A DNA stretch of 64,000 nucleotides from Candidatus Latescibacterota bacterium (GCA_965222075.1 OZ244937.1:1280001-1344000); one strand, 5' to 3'; positions 29,774 through 40,185 are shown, counted from the stretch's first letter. Notes: generated from the letters alone by a model not told the origin. Numbers and translations are program-made.

Positions 29774-30481
29774 ATGGCTCGGATTACGGTTCCGATTCGG
29801 TACTACAAGGACTATCGGGGGGGGTATGATTACGGGTATGAAGGTCTGACGGTCGAGTTGTCCGAGTGCGCCTTTCTGGTGGTGGATGTGGACGGGCGTA
29901 CGCCCAATCCGACCACGGAGAATTTTATTGCGCCGGCGCTGCAGGCAGCCCGTGGGGTGAGGCTGCGCATTGCCTATGTGCACAACGACCTGCGGCTGGT
30001 GGCCGATCCGGGCAATATTGTGGGCGAGGTGTGGGGGAAGACGAAGATGCCTGGTGGGAATGCCCTGGAGAGCTGGGCCAAGAGGAGGGAGTATACGCCG
30101 GAGTATCTGGATTGTGTGGCGCCCAGAGAGGGAGAACGGAATTTTCCAAAGTGGATCTGGAGCGGGTTTCACGATACGTTTCTGGATCAGCACTTGCGAA
30201 GCTGGGGTACCAGAACGCTTTTTGTGGTGGGGTACAGCCGACGGGCCTGTCTGCATTATACCTGCGCAGAGGCGGTTGGGCGGAATTACCGCGTGGTTCT
30301 GCTGCGGGATTGTTCCAATGCGCCGGGCACGATCGAGATGCCCGATACGCTGGATGACAGCCTGCCGGAGGGGGGGTGGATCAACCGGATTACGCTCCGG
30401 AATTTTGAACATCTGATCGGGTATACGACCACATCGGCGGAGTTTGTGGCGGCGTGCGTACGGCTGAAGGAAGGCGTATGA
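29774..30481 (+). CDS. Isochorismatase/cysteine hydrolase family
   Basis: 'LVVDVD', 'FPKWIWSGFHDT.LD..LR', 'GYSRRACL', 'LLRDC'. Confidence 0.85.
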   Translation: MARITVPIRYYKDYRGGYDYGYEGLTVELSECAFLVVDVDGRTPNPTTENFIAPALQAARGVRLRIAYVHNDLRLVADPGNIVGEVWGKTKMPGGNALESWAKRREYTPEYLDCVAPREGERNFPKWIWSGFHDTFLDQHLRSWGTRTLFVVGYSRRACLHYTCAEAVGRNYRVVLLRDCSNAPGTIEMPDTLDDSLPEGGWINRITLRNFEHLIGYTTTSAEFVAACVRLKEGV

Positions 30482-31599
30482 AGATCCGGGATATCGATAC
30501 GATTCTGATTGACTCGCCCGGCCGGAAGTGGACGATTGTACGGGTTTTTACCGATGAGGGGCTGGTTGGGTTGGGGGAAGCGACCTATTCGAATAAAGAA
30601 CCGGTGGTGGTTTCTGCGGTTGAACATATAAAACAGGAACTGATTGGGGAGGATGCCTCGCGGATCGAGTATCTCTGGCATAAGATCTACCGGATTTCCT
30701 CGCTCAGCGGGATCTGGCGTATGGCAGGGCCGGTGTGGATGAGCGCGATAAGCGGCATCGATCAGGCGCTGTGGGATCTGAAGGGGAAGGTGGCGAATCT
30801 GCCGGTTGTGGAACTCCTGGGTGGGAAGTTTCGGGACCGCGTCCGGGTGTATACCCACTTTTCGGGCGCCACACCCGAAGCGTCGGCCAGGCATGCAAAA
30901 CGCCTGGTGGAGCAGGGGTACACGGCGCTCAAGTCGGGGGCCGGGACGAGCGATGGGTACAGGTTTGACCTGTACAGGGAGGACGGCGCGCCTCAGGAGA
31001 CCGCAGCGCGTTATGCGGCGGTGCGGGAAGCGGTGGGGCCCGATGTGAAGCTGCTGGTGGACTGTCACGGGCGCTTCACGGTGGGAGGCGCGGTTCGTCT
31101 GGCCAGAGCGCTGGAGCCTTATGATCTGTACTGTTTTGAAGATCCTGTGGCTCCCGAAGATCTCAGCGCCTATCCCAAAGTGCGCCGGGAGACGTCCATT
31201 CCGATTATGGGCAGCGAGCGGCTCAATACCAAGACGCAGTTCCGACAACTCTTAGAGCTGGACGGGATCGACATCGCCCAGCCCGACCTGATCTATGCCG
31301 GGGGGATTACCGAGGTGCGGAAGATCGCGGCATTTGCGGATAGCTTCCACGTGCCGATCTCTTTTCACAATACCAAGGGGCCGGTGGGGATTCTCGCGGC
31401 TGCGCACCTGGGCGCTTCTATTCCCAATGAGGCGCCGATGGAGTTTGTGACCGGGATCGATTGGCGGGATGAGATTCTCACGGAGCCGCTGAAGGTTGAG
31501 GGTAGCTGCCTGGTGCTGCCGGACGGGCCGGGGTTCGGGGTGGAGCTGGATATGGACGGGGTGGAGAAGCACCGGTGGCGGGTGGGCGATCCGAGGTAG
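30478..31599 (+). CDS. Mandelate racemase/muconate lactonizing enzyme family (galactonate dehydratase-like)
   Basis: 'TDEGLVGLGE', 'SGIDQALWDLKGK', 'VDCHGR', 'FEDP', 'QPDL...GGITE'. Confidence 0.9.
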   Translation: MKIRDIDTILIDSPGRKWTIVRVFTDEGLVGLGEATYSNKEPVVVSAVEHIKQELIGEDASRIEYLWHKIYRISSLSGIWRMAGPVWMSAISGIDQALWDLKGKVANLPVVELLGGKFRDRVRVYTHFSGATPEASARHAKRLVEQGYTALKSGAGTSDGYRFDLYREDGAPQETAARYAAVREAVGPDVKLLVDCHGRFTVGGAVRLARALEPYDLYCFEDPVAPEDLSAYPKVRRETSIPIMGSERLNTKTQFRQLLELDGIDIAQPDLIYAGGITEVRKIAAFADSFHVPISFHNTKGPVGILAAAHLGASIPNEAPMEFVTGIDWRDEILTEPLKVEGSCLVLPDGPGFGVELDMDGVEKHRWRVGDPR

Positions 31600-31624
31600 G
31601 AACGGCCGACACACAGAGCATGCC

Positions 31625-33229
31625 ATGCTGGATATTCTGATTCGAGATGCCACGATAATCGATGGTACCGGTGGCCCTCCCCGGGCGGGCGACGTGGGGA
31701 TTGAAGGAGACAGGATCGCCTGTGTGGGGGAGGCAGGGGAGGGGGCGCGGCGGGAGATCGATGCAGCGGGGTTGACGGTTGCGCCGGGGTTTATCGATAT
31801 TCATACGCATTCGGATTTCAGCCTGTTGATCGATGGGCGAGCCCAGAGCGCGGTCTACCAGGGGGTGACCACCCAGATCAACGGGAATTGCGGGATCTCG
31901 GCGTTTCCGGTGGGCGCAGAGGGCGCGTACCTGGGGCCGTTCGAGTCGGCGCGGCTCAGGCGGGCGGTTGTTCCGGACTGGGAATCGGCGGACGGGTATT
32001 TCGCCGTCCTGGAGCGGCAGGGGATGGCGATCAATTCGGGTTTTTTGACCGGACACGGGGCGGTGCGCCAGGCAGTGATGGGGCAGTCGGCGGAGGCGCC
32101 TTCGCGGGGCGAGATGGATGTGATGAAAGGTCTGGTGGCGGTGCAGATGGAAGCGGGGGCGCTGGGGCTGTCGACCGGATTGACCTATGTGCCGGGGAGT
32201 TATGCGAGCACAGAGGAGATTATTGAACTGGCGGCGGTGACAGCGCCCTACGGGGGGATCTACGCCACCCATATGAGGAATTACACGGCTTCGATTATGG
32301 AGGCGCTGGAGGAGGCGATCAGGATCGGGCGGGAGGCGGGTGTGCCGGTGCACGCCTCGCATATTACGCCCTGCCCTCCGGCCACGGGGAGCGCCGGAAA
32401 GCTTTTGGAGCGCATCGACCGGGCGCAGGCAGAGGGGTGGGATGTGACGGCCGAGACGGAGTTCTATGCCACGGGGTCAACCTCTCTGAAATCCCTGCTG
32501 CCGCCCTGGGCGCTGGTGGGCGGGAATGGGGCGATGGTGAAACGGCTGGCGCAGAAGAGGCTGCGGAAGCGGATGTGGCGGGAGATCCGGGAGAAGGGGT
32601 CCGAGCTGGGCGGGAGCACCAAGACGGTTTTGATGCAGCAGGGCCTGTGGAATAAGCTGTGGTTGGGCAACTGCGCGGTCAATACAGGGTTGACGGGGAA
32701 GACGTTTGCCCAGATCGGCCGTTTGCGGAAGACGGGCCCCTTCGATGCGATTTGTGATATCCTGACTGAAGAAGAGGGGGCGGTGAGCTTCTATGGGGAG
32801 GACAAGACGGAGGAGGATATCGACCGGCTTGTACAGGGCGCACACTGCGGCGTGGGTTCAGACGGGCTGGCGCTGGCCAACGAAGGCCCATTGGCGGAGG
32901 AGCGGGAACATCCACGCTGTTACGGCGGCATGGCCTATTTGATCCGCACGCTGGTCCGCGAACGGAAGGTGCGGCCGCTGGAGAGCGTGGTGCAGAAGGT
33001 GACGCAGTTTCCGGCCCGGCGCATGGGGTTTACGGACCGGGGGCTTCTGGAAGAGGGGATGCTGGCCGATCTGGTAGTCTTTGATACCGAAAGGATCTCG
33101 GATCGGGCGACGATCAACGATCCCTGCGTATACTCGGAGGGCGTTCTGTGGTCTTTTGTAAACGGGATCGCAGTTCTTTCTTCGGGCCGCGCAACGGGAG
33201 AGCGGCCCGGACGGGTTTTGAGAAATTGA
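31625..33229 (+). CDS. N-acyl-D-amino-acid deacylase (D-aminoacylase) family amidohydrolase
   Basis: 'PGFIDIHTHSD', 'GNCG', 'GLSTGL.Y.PG', 'HPRCYG', 'ADLVVFD'. Confidence 0.92.
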   Translation: MLDILIRDATIIDGTGGPPRAGDVGIEGDRIACVGEAGEGARREIDAAGLTVAPGFIDIHTHSDFSLLIDGRAQSAVYQGVTTQINGNCGISAFPVGAEGAYLGPFESARLRRAVVPDWESADGYFAVLERQGMAINSGFLTGHGAVRQAVMGQSAEAPSRGEMDVMKGLVAVQMEAGALGLSTGLTYVPGSYASTEEIIELAAVTAPYGGIYATHMRNYTASIMEALEEAIRIGREAGVPVHASHITPCPPATGSAGKLLERIDRAQAEGWDVTAETEFYATGSTSLKSLLPPWALVGGNGAMVKRLAQKRLRKRMWREIREKGSELGGSTKTVLMQQGLWNKLWLGNCAVNTGLTGKTFAQIGRLRKTGPFDAICDILTEEEGAVSFYGEDKTEEDIDRLVQGAHCGVGSDGLALANEGPLAEEREHPRCYGGMAYLIRTLVRERKVRPLESVVQKVTQFPARRMGFTDRGLLEEGMLADLVVFDTERISDRATINDPCVYSEGVLWSFVNGIAVLSSGRATGERPGRVLRN

Positions 33230-33242
33230 AAGGGAGCAGGAT

Positions 33243-35501
33243 GTGAGAAACCGGTTCCGGATGGTGGTTTTTATGGTGCTGGCAGGATCTGTCCCGGCCA
33301 GCGCCGAGAAGGGTGTGGCTGCCTCTGCGGTGACCATAGCGGACAGCCTGGCCGCGCTGGGGGTGGCGCGGGATTCGCTGTTTGTACCACCGGCCGGACA
33401 GGCGCGCATTCTACGGGACCGTTATGGCGTGCCCCACATCTATGGTGAGACGGATGTGGATGTGGCGTTCGGGTTTGGGTTCGCACAGGCCCAGGACCAC
33501 CTGATTCCAATGCTGTTGAACTATCGGGCGGCGGGAGGGCGGCTGTCGGAGGTCCTGGGGCAGGGGGCTTTGGAGAGCGACTACAAGGCCCTGCTGTGGC
33601 GTATTCACAGTGTGGCGGGGGAGCGCTACGGGTCTATTTCCGAGCCAACGCGGGACCTGATCGGCGCTTTTGTAAAGGGGATCAATCACTATATCGAGGT
33701 ACATCGGCAGGCGCTGCCAGGCTGGGTTGAAGCGGTGAGCGGGACCGATGTGGTGGCCCTGTCCCGGTGGCTGAATCTATATTTTTCGGAGCGGACCGGG
33801 TGGCGGGAACTGGCGCAGAAGGGGCTTCTGTCGGGCCCATCGCCGGTCGGATCGAACCAGTGGGTGGTAGGACCGTCCCGCTCGAGTACGGGCAGCCCGA
33901 TTTTTGTGATGGATCTGCACCTGCCCTGGAGACCGCCGTTGCAGATGTACGAGGCGCACCTGGTGAGCCGGGAGGGGTTGAATGTGGCAGGGGCGACCTT
34001 TTTCGGGCTGCCGGTGGTTGTGGTGGGACATACCGATCGAATCGCCTGGTCGATGACGGTGAATGACACCGATGTATTCGATCTTTACGAGGAGAAGCTG
34101 GATCCGGCAAATCCGAGGCGTTATCTCTACGAACGAGAGAAGCAGCGGATGTCTTCACGGCGGGTGAAGATCCGGGTGCGGCAGGAGAAGGGCACGGTTG
34201 AGGTCAAACGGGAGCTGCTCTACACGCATCACGGCCCCGTGTACAAGGTGGTGGAGGACTGGGCCTACGCGGCCCGGTCGAGTATGCAGGATGTGGTCAA
34301 TACCATCGGGCAGCTCTATGCGATGAACCGCGCGCAGGATCTGAACGCGTTTCGCCGGGCGATGGCGCAGCTGGAGCTGCCGATGTTCCATGTCATGTAC
34401 GGGGATGTGGACGGCAACCTCTTCTATGTGTTCAACGCCCGGTGCCCAACGCGAGCGGAAAGGTTCGACTGGCGATCAGCGGTGCCGGGGTGGACCGTGG
34501 AGACGGAGTGGGGCGCGATCCTGGAATTCAACCGTCTGCCGCAGGTGACCAACCCGCCCTCAGGTTTTATGCAGAATTGCAACGTGGCCGCGCACCTGGT
34601 CACGGTTGAGAGCGGCCTTGATCCGGATGTGTTTCCTGCCTATCTGGGATGGGGAGAGGCGAACGACCGGGGGCGGCGGGCGTTGGGCTGGCTCTTTGTG
34701 CACCCCCTCAGCACGGTTGGAGGGATGAGGCGGATGGCGAGAGACGAGTACCTGATTGCGGCAGAGGAGTTGAAAGGGATCATCCTGCGGGCCTACAACC
34801 GGGTCTGGCAGGAGATCTACGACCCGGACGGGCGCCTGGCCCTGGCTGTGGACCTGCTTCGGAACTGGGACAATCGGGCGACGGTGGAGAGCCGGGGGAC
34901 GCTGCTTTTTTCGGTGTGGAAGGAGCGGTTTGATCCCCTGTTCAAGCAGAACACGGCCGACCAGCGGCGGGATATGCTGGCCCTGGAGAAGCTGGCTTTA
35001 GAGGCCCTGCGCATGGCGGTGGAGTATATGATGGAAACTTATGGCCGGCTGGATGTGCGGTGGGGCGAGGTCCACGTGATCGACCGGGGGGGGAGAATCT
35101 TTCCGGTGGGCGGCTCTCCTCCCAGGACCGAAGCGCTTCATACCACGTGGGCAGAACAGGGAGAGGATGGCCTGCTGCGTGTGATCGGCGGGTCGGCCTT
35201 TACGATGGTGGTGTCCCTGTCCCAGCCGGTGCAGGCCTGGAGCCTCCTCCCGTATGGAAATAGTGAGGATGCGCGTTCACCCCATTACAGCGATCAGGCA
35301 GCGCTGCAGGGCCGGGAGGGGGACAAACCGGCCTGGTTCGGCCAGGCGGAGATCGCCCGGAATCTGGAGGCCGTTACCACGGTGCCCCTGCACCCGGAGG
35401 AGGCCGAACGGGTGAAGGCGCTGTGGCGGTTGAAAGGCGAAAGTCCCGAGTCGCCTGCCTGCGACGGATTCTCGTCAGGCAGGTCGGAAAAGGAGAGATA
35501 A
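33243..35501 (+). CDS. Penicillin acylase family (Ntn hydrolase)
   Basis: 'RDRYGVPHIYG', 'FAQAQD', beta-chain start 'GSNQWVVGP', 'NPPSGFMQNCN', 'SPHYSDQ'. Confidence 0.92.
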   Translation: MRNRFRMVVFMVLAGSVPASAEKGVAASAVTIADSLAALGVARDSLFVPPAGQARILRDRYGVPHIYGETDVDVAFGFGFAQAQDHLIPMLLNYRAAGGRLSEVLGQGALESDYKALLWRIHSVAGERYGSISEPTRDLIGAFVKGINHYIEVHRQALPGWVEAVSGTDVVALSRWLNLYFSERTGWRELAQKGLLSGPSPVGSNQWVVGPSRSSTGSPIFVMDLHLPWRPPLQMYEAHLVSREGLNVAGATFFGLPVVVVGHTDRIAWSMTVNDTDVFDLYEEKLDPANPRRYLYEREKQRMSSRRVKIRVRQEKGTVEVKRELLYTHHGPVYKVVEDWAYAARSSMQDVVNTIGQLYAMNRAQDLNAFRRAMAQLELPMFHVMYGDVDGNLFYVFNARCPTRAERFDWRSAVPGWTVETEWGAILEFNRLPQVTNPPSGFMQNCNVAAHLVTVESGLDPDVFPAYLGWGEANDRGRRALGWLFVHPLSTVGGMRRMARDEYLIAAEELKGIILRAYNRVWQEIYDPDGRLALAVDLLRNWDNRATVESRGTLLFSVWKERFDPLFKQNTADQRRDMLALEKLALEALRMAVEYMMETYGRLDVRWGEVHVIDRGGRIFPVGGSPPRTEALHTTWAEQGEDGLLRVIGGSAFTMVVSLSQPVQAWSLLPYGNSEDARSPHYSDQAALQGREGDKPAWFGQAEIARNLEAVTTVPLHPEEAERVKALWRLKGESPESPACDGFSSGRSEKER
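35454..35483. mobile_element. 30-bp palindromic mini-element CCTGCCTG-N14-CAGGCAGG, in frame
   Basis: Inverted 8-bp arms with an internal hairpin; TCG on both flanks. Confidence 0.7.
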
Positions 35502-35510
35502 GGAGAGGGC

Positions 35511-36281
35511 ATGGTGCTGCCGAGTATGCGGCTGGATGGGAAGGTGGTAATGGTCACGGGCGCGGGGTCCGGCATTGGGAAGGCCGTGGCGGTTGCCATT
35601 TCCGAAGCGGGGGCGGACTGCGTGCCGTGTGAGTTGCCGGAAAAGATGGCGGATCTGGATGCGGTCTGCGGGGAGATCCGGGCGCTGGGGCGCAAGGCCC
35701 ACCCCATGCCGCTTCGCCTGCCCGATTTGGAGAGTATCGATTCGCTGGTTGCCGGTGCGGTGGCAGAGATGGGGCGGATCGATGTGCTGGTGAACAATGC
35801 CGGCATCAATATCCCGCGGGATGCCCTGGAGGTAACAGAAGCGGACTGGGACCGTGTGCTGGACGTGAACCTGAAGGGGCTGTTTTTCCTTTCGCAGCGG
35901 GTGGCCCGGCACATGGTGGAGGCCGGTGGGGGGAAGATCGTGAATATGGCCTCCCAGAACGGGGTGATCGGGTATTACAAGCGGGCGGCTTACTGTTCGA
36001 GCAAGGCCGGGGTGGTCAATCTGACCCGCGTTCTGGCCCTGGAGTGGGCGCCCCACCACGTCAACGTCAATGCGGTGGGGCCCACGTTTATTCTGACGCC
36101 GCTGACGCAGTCGACGTTTGACGATCCGGCCCTGCGGGAGGATTTGCTGAAGCGGATTCCACTGGGCCGCGTGGGGCAGCCGGAGGACGTGGTGGGGGCT
36201 GTGGTATTTCTCTCAAGCCCGGCGGCGGATCTGATTACAGGGCACACGCTGCTGGTGGATGGGGGGTGGACGGCTCTGTAG
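35511..36281 (+). CDS. Short-chain dehydrogenase/reductase (KduD/gluconate 5-DH-like)
   Basis: 'TGAGSGIG', 'NNAG', 'YCSSK', 'LVDGG'. Confidence 0.92.
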   Translation: MVLPSMRLDGKVVMVTGAGSGIGKAVAVAISEAGADCVPCELPEKMADLDAVCGEIRALGRKAHPMPLRLPDLESIDSLVAGAVAEMGRIDVLVNNAGINIPRDALEVTEADWDRVLDVNLKGLFFLSQRVARHMVEAGGGKIVNMASQNGVIGYYKRAAYCSSKAGVVNLTRVLALEWAPHHVNVNAVGPTFILTPLTQSTFDDPALREDLLKRIPLGRVGQPEDVVGAVVFLSSPAADLITGHTLLVDGGWTAL

Positions 36282-36346
36282 TGGGATTGTGTATTCAAGA
36301 TGGTTCATTCCACAATCCGTAATTGAATGCGAAGGGGGAACAGACG

Positions 36347-37348
36347 ATGCGTGAACTGGCGTCCGGCAAAGGTCCCCTGTTTACGGATCCTGACCCCGAG
36401 GCTGCACGGGCCTTTTTCCGGGAGAAGAAGGGGGCGCTTGAAGACAAGGTGATGTCCGTGAAGGAGGCGGTGTCCCACTTCGTCAAGGATGGGGATTACG
36501 TGGCGTCCGGGGGGTTTGGGGCCAACCGGATCTGTACGGCGGGCATGCACGAGATTTTGCGGCAGGGAAAACGCAACCTGGGGTTTGCGGGGCATACGAC
36601 GACGCACGATTTCCAGATCCTGGCGGCGGGAAACCGGAACGGGGAAAAGCTGCTGGCCCGTGTGGATGCGGCCTATATTGTGGGGCTGGAGGCCCGGGGG
36701 CTGTCTCCACAGGCCCGGGGAGTGATGCAGAGCGGGGACGTGGAGGTGTGCGAGTGGACGAATTTTGCGCTGGCCTGCCGCTTCCGGGCAGCGGCGGCCG
36801 GGGTGCCTTTTATGCCCATGCGGAGTTTGCTGGGTACCGATACGTTCACGCACAGCGCGGCCAAGGAAATCGAATGTCCCTTTACGGGGCGCAAGCTCCT
36901 GGCCGTGCCCGCGCTCTATCCGGATGTGTCGTTTATTCACGTGCACGAAAGCGACTGCTACGGCAACTGCCGGATCAGGGGGATCTCGGTGGCGGACTTC
37001 GAACTGTCCCGGGCTTCGAAGCGGCTGATCGTAACGGCGGAGCGAATCGTAAGCAACGAGGAGATCCGGCACGAACCCCACGCGACGGTGATTCCGTCTT
37101 TTTGCGTGGACGCGGTGTGCGAGGTCCCCTTCGGGTCGTATCCGGGGAATATGCCGGGCGAGTATTTCTCGGATGAGGAACACCTCCAGGAGTGGCTGGA
37201 GGCGGAACGGGATGGGGCGGCGCTGGAGGCCTTTCTGCAGAAGTATATTTACGGTGTGCCGGATTTTGAGCGCTATGTGCAGCTCTGCGGCGGTCTGGAG
37301 CGGATCAAAGCACTCCGGGCGCTGGAACTGTTCTCCAGGGAGGGGTGA
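36347..37348 (+). CDS. CoA-transferase subunit A (glutaconate CoA-transferase-like)
   Basis: 'VKDGD...GGF', 'AAAAGVPFMP', 'GTD', 'FIHVHESD..GN', 'PFGSYP'. Confidence 0.88.
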   Translation: MRELASGKGPLFTDPDPEAARAFFREKKGALEDKVMSVKEAVSHFVKDGDYVASGGFGANRICTAGMHEILRQGKRNLGFAGHTTTHDFQILAAGNRNGEKLLARVDAAYIVGLEARGLSPQARGVMQSGDVEVCEWTNFALACRFRAAAAGVPFMPMRSLLGTDTFTHSAAKEIECPFTGRKLLAVPALYPDVSFIHVHESDCYGNCRIRGISVADFELSRASKRLIVTAERIVSNEEIRHEPHATVIPSFCVDAVCEVPFGSYPGNMPGEYFSDEEHLQEWLEAERDGAALEAFLQKYIYGVPDFERYVQLCGGLERIKALRALELFSREG

Positions 37349-37351
37349 CCC

Positions 37352-38119
37352 GTGGCCGACTACAATGCGATGGAACTGATGATCTGCGTGGCGTCCCGGT
37401 TGCTGGAGGACGGTGCGACGGTGGGGGTGGGCACGGGGGCGCCCTGCGCCACGGCGATGCTGGCCCAGAAGGGACACGCGCCGAACCTCCTGGTGGTGTT
37501 CGAAGCGGGCGGGCTGGCGCCCAGGCTGCCTTCGATGCCGATTTCCGTGGGAGACTCGCGGACGTTTTACCAGGGGCTGATGGCGACGGGGATGGGCGAT
37601 ATTATGGACGCCTGCCAGCGCGGGGTGGTGGACTATACCTTTCTGGGCGGGGCGCAGATCGATGCGTATGGAAACCTCAATTCCACGGTGATCGGCGCGT
37701 ATGAAAAACCAAAGGTCCGATTCCCGGGCAGCGGCGGGGCGAACGATTTTGCGAGTTTCTGCTGGCGGACGCTGGTGATGACCCAGCACGACCGTCGGCG
37801 GTTCGTGGAGCGGCTGGATTTTGTGACCACGCCGGGATATCTGACGGGGCCTGGGGCGAGAGAGGCGGCGGGGTTGCCGGGGGATTCCGGGCCATACAAG
37901 GTGATTACGGATCTTGCAGTGATGGGGTTCGATGGGGAGACGAAGCGGATGCAGGTGGAGAGCCTGCACCCCGGGGTGAGGTTTGAGCAGGTGCGGGAGC
38001 ATACGGGGTTCGAGCTGCTGGAGGCTTCGGAGATTGGTGAGACCGAGCCGCCGCAGGCGGAGGAGCTCCGGATTTTGAGGGATGAGGTGGACCCTTACCG
38101 TTACGTTATCGGAAGGTGA
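37352..38119 (+). CDS. CoA-transferase subunit B
   Basis: 'VGTGAP', 'HAPNL.VVFEAG' (catalytic Glu), 'GGAQIDAYGNLNST', 'PGSGGAND'. Confidence 0.9.
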   Translation: MADYNAMELMICVASRLLEDGATVGVGTGAPCATAMLAQKGHAPNLLVVFEAGGLAPRLPSMPISVGDSRTFYQGLMATGMGDIMDACQRGVVDYTFLGGAQIDAYGNLNSTVIGAYEKPKVRFPGSGGANDFASFCWRTLVMTQHDRRRFVERLDFVTTPGYLTGPGAREAAGLPGDSGPYKVITDLAVMGFDGETKRMQVESLHPGVRFEQVREHTGFELLEASEIGETEPPQAEELRILRDEVDPYRYVIGR

Positions 38120-38192
38120 TTGTGCGGGAACGCGCGTGAGGCGCTCTTACAGGCGACGAGTTGAAGGCTGCTTTATATCGGGAGGTCGTTCC

Positions 38193-39056
38193 ATGCCATC
38201 TGTACGCGAGATCTACAAGTTTGACGAGCTCACCTGGCCCGAGGTCAACCAGGCCGCTGCAATGGGGAAGATTCCGATTCTCCCCACGGGCGCTGTGGAG
38301 CAGCACGGCCACCATCTGCCGCTGAAGGTAGACCACCTCTGTGCGACTGCGGTGGCGACGGAGGCCGCGCGTCTGAAACCGGAGTTCAGTCTGGTCCTGC
38401 CCCCGGTGAGCTACGGCTACGTGCACCACGTGATGGACTTTCCAGGCGCTTTGAATATCCATTTCGAGCACTTTATTCAGTATGTGTTAGACATCTGCAA
38501 GAGCCTGGCCTACCACGGGTTCAAGAAGATTGTGCTGGTGAACGGCCACGGCTCGAATCACAATCTGGTGGATATGGTGGCCCGGCGGACGATCGTGGAG
38601 ACGGATGCCAGTTGCGTGTTCTGCAGCTGGTGGCAGCTGCTGAAAGTGAAGCCGGATTTCGACGAGCAGTGGCGGGAGAGCGTGTACCCCGGCGGGTGCT
38701 CGCACGCCGGCGAGCTGGAGACGTCGATGCTGCTTTACCTGGCACCGGAGAGCGTGCGGAAGGATAAGATCAAGAGTGAGATTGCCAGGACCAACAAGCT
38801 GGGCTCAAAGTTTATCTGGACCGATCTGTTTGCCAGAGGACCGATGGGGCTTATTGAGTGGACCAGCCAGTACTCCGACAGCGGCGTGATGGGCGAGGCC
38901 GAGAAGGCCACGGCCGGGAAGGGCAGGATCGTGTTTGAAGAGGCCAGCAGGAACCTGGCTGAATTTATCGAGGAGTACCATGCGCTCAAAATAGAGAAGC
39001 GCACCCCACACCAGGCGGAAGAGCCGACCATTCCGCTGTCTTTTCCGACAGATTAG
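38193..39056 (+). CDS. Creatininase family protein
   Basis: 'GAVEQHGHHLP..VD', 'VNGHGSN', 'HAGELETS'. Confidence 0.92.
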   Translation: MPSVREIYKFDELTWPEVNQAAAMGKIPILPTGAVEQHGHHLPLKVDHLCATAVATEAARLKPEFSLVLPPVSYGYVHHVMDFPGALNIHFEHFIQYVLDICKSLAYHGFKKIVLVNGHGSNHNLVDMVARRTIVETDASCVFCSWWQLLKVKPDFDEQWRESVYPGGCSHAGELETSMLLYLAPESVRKDKIKSEIARTNKLGSKFIWTDLFARGPMGLIEWTSQYSDSGVMGEAEKATAGKGRIVFEEASRNLAEFIEEYHALKIEKRTPHQAEEPTIPLSFPTD

Positions 39057-39126
39057 AAGCATTGGGGAATGCGGATTTCCGTTTTCCGCATTCTGAAATC
39101 CGCAATTGTTATCAGGAGGGAACGAG

Positions 39127-40101
39127 ATGAAACTGGCGACTTTTGCAGTCAAGGGGCAAGCGTTCGTGGGCGCCGTGGTGGCGGATGATAAGATCGTGAT
39201 TGGCCTGGCGGCGGCCGACCGGGCGCTGGCGCGGCGGGAGAAGCGGCCGGCGCATCCTTTTTTTGGGGATATGCTGGCGCTCCTGGAGGCCGGCGGCAAG
39301 GGCAAGAGCGCGGCCAGGAAAGCCGCGAAGGCGGCTCTGGACAGGCTGGGCGACCCTCCCAGAGTGGACGGCAGGGTCGCTCACCCGGTGAACCGGGGCA
39401 GGCTCCGGGCGCCGATTCCCAACCCGCGCAAGGTGTTTTGCCTGGCCGGCAACTTCCAGGACCACATCGAGGAGGGCGGCGGCAAGATGACGGCCCAGGA
39501 CAAGGAGACGCCCCGGGTGTTTATGAAGCCCCCGTCTTCGACGGTTATCGGGCCGAACGACAGAATCCTGATTCCGCCCGTTGCCCGGTCCATCGACTGG
39601 GAGGGTGAGCTGGCCGTGGTGATGGGGCGAAAGGCCAAGGGGGTGAAGGCTGAGGATGCGCTCAGGTACGTGGCAGGCTATACCGTGATGAACGACGTGT
39701 CCGAGCGCGATTTGCTTATCAAAGCGCGCAGCGAGAGCCGCGAGCGGGACAAGTGGTTCGACTGGCTCAACGGCAAATGGCTGGATACGTTTGCCCCCCA
39801 GGGGCCCTGGATCGTGACGGTGGACGAGATCCCCGATCCCCAGGTCCTGGACATCAGCACCTACATCAACGGCGAGCTCAAACAGCACAACAACACCGGC
39901 CAGATGCTCTATCCGGTGGCGCACATCATCGAGTACATCTCGGCGATTATCACCCTGGAACCGGGCGATCTCATCAGCACCGGCACCATCTCGGGGGTAG
40001 GGGCCACCACCGGCGAGTTCATGAAGCCCGGCGATAGGGTGGAGATCGAGATCTCTCAGATTGGTGTGCTGCGCAACAGGGTGGCCGCCAGCAAGGTGTA
40101 G
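39127..40101 (+). CDS. Fumarylacetoacetate hydrolase family protein
   Basis: 'DWEGELAVV', 'YTVMNDVSERD', 'GK..DTFAP.GP', 'LEPGDLI.TGT'. Confidence 0.93.
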   Translation: MKLATFAVKGQAFVGAVVADDKIVIGLAAADRALARREKRPAHPFFGDMLALLEAGGKGKSAARKAAKAALDRLGDPPRVDGRVAHPVNRGRLRAPIPNPRKVFCLAGNFQDHIEEGGGKMTAQDKETPRVFMKPPSSTVIGPNDRILIPPVARSIDWEGELAVVMGRKAKGVKAEDALRYVAGYTVMNDVSERDLLIKARSESRERDKWFDWLNGKWLDTFAPQGPWIVTVDEIPDPQVLDISTYINGELKQHNNTGQMLYPVAHIIEYISAIITLEPGDLISTGTISGVGATTGEFMKPGDRVEIEISQIGVLRNRVAASKV

Positions 40102-40134
40102 GGCTGAATAATCTGAAGATGTCCGCCGACAAGG

Positions 40135-40185
40135 GTCAGAAGCCTGCACCGTGAAGCGTGCAGCTTCTGGCTCTTTTTTCTTTTT
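40135..40185 (+). terminator. Intrinsic terminator of catabolic operon
   Basis: GTCAGAAGCCTGCAC/GTGCAGCTTCTGGC stem followed by TCTTTTTTCTTTTT. Confidence 0.8.

Noticed and set aside
36305-38002. 565-aa minus-strand ORF
   Set aside because: Shadow of the CoA-transferase genes
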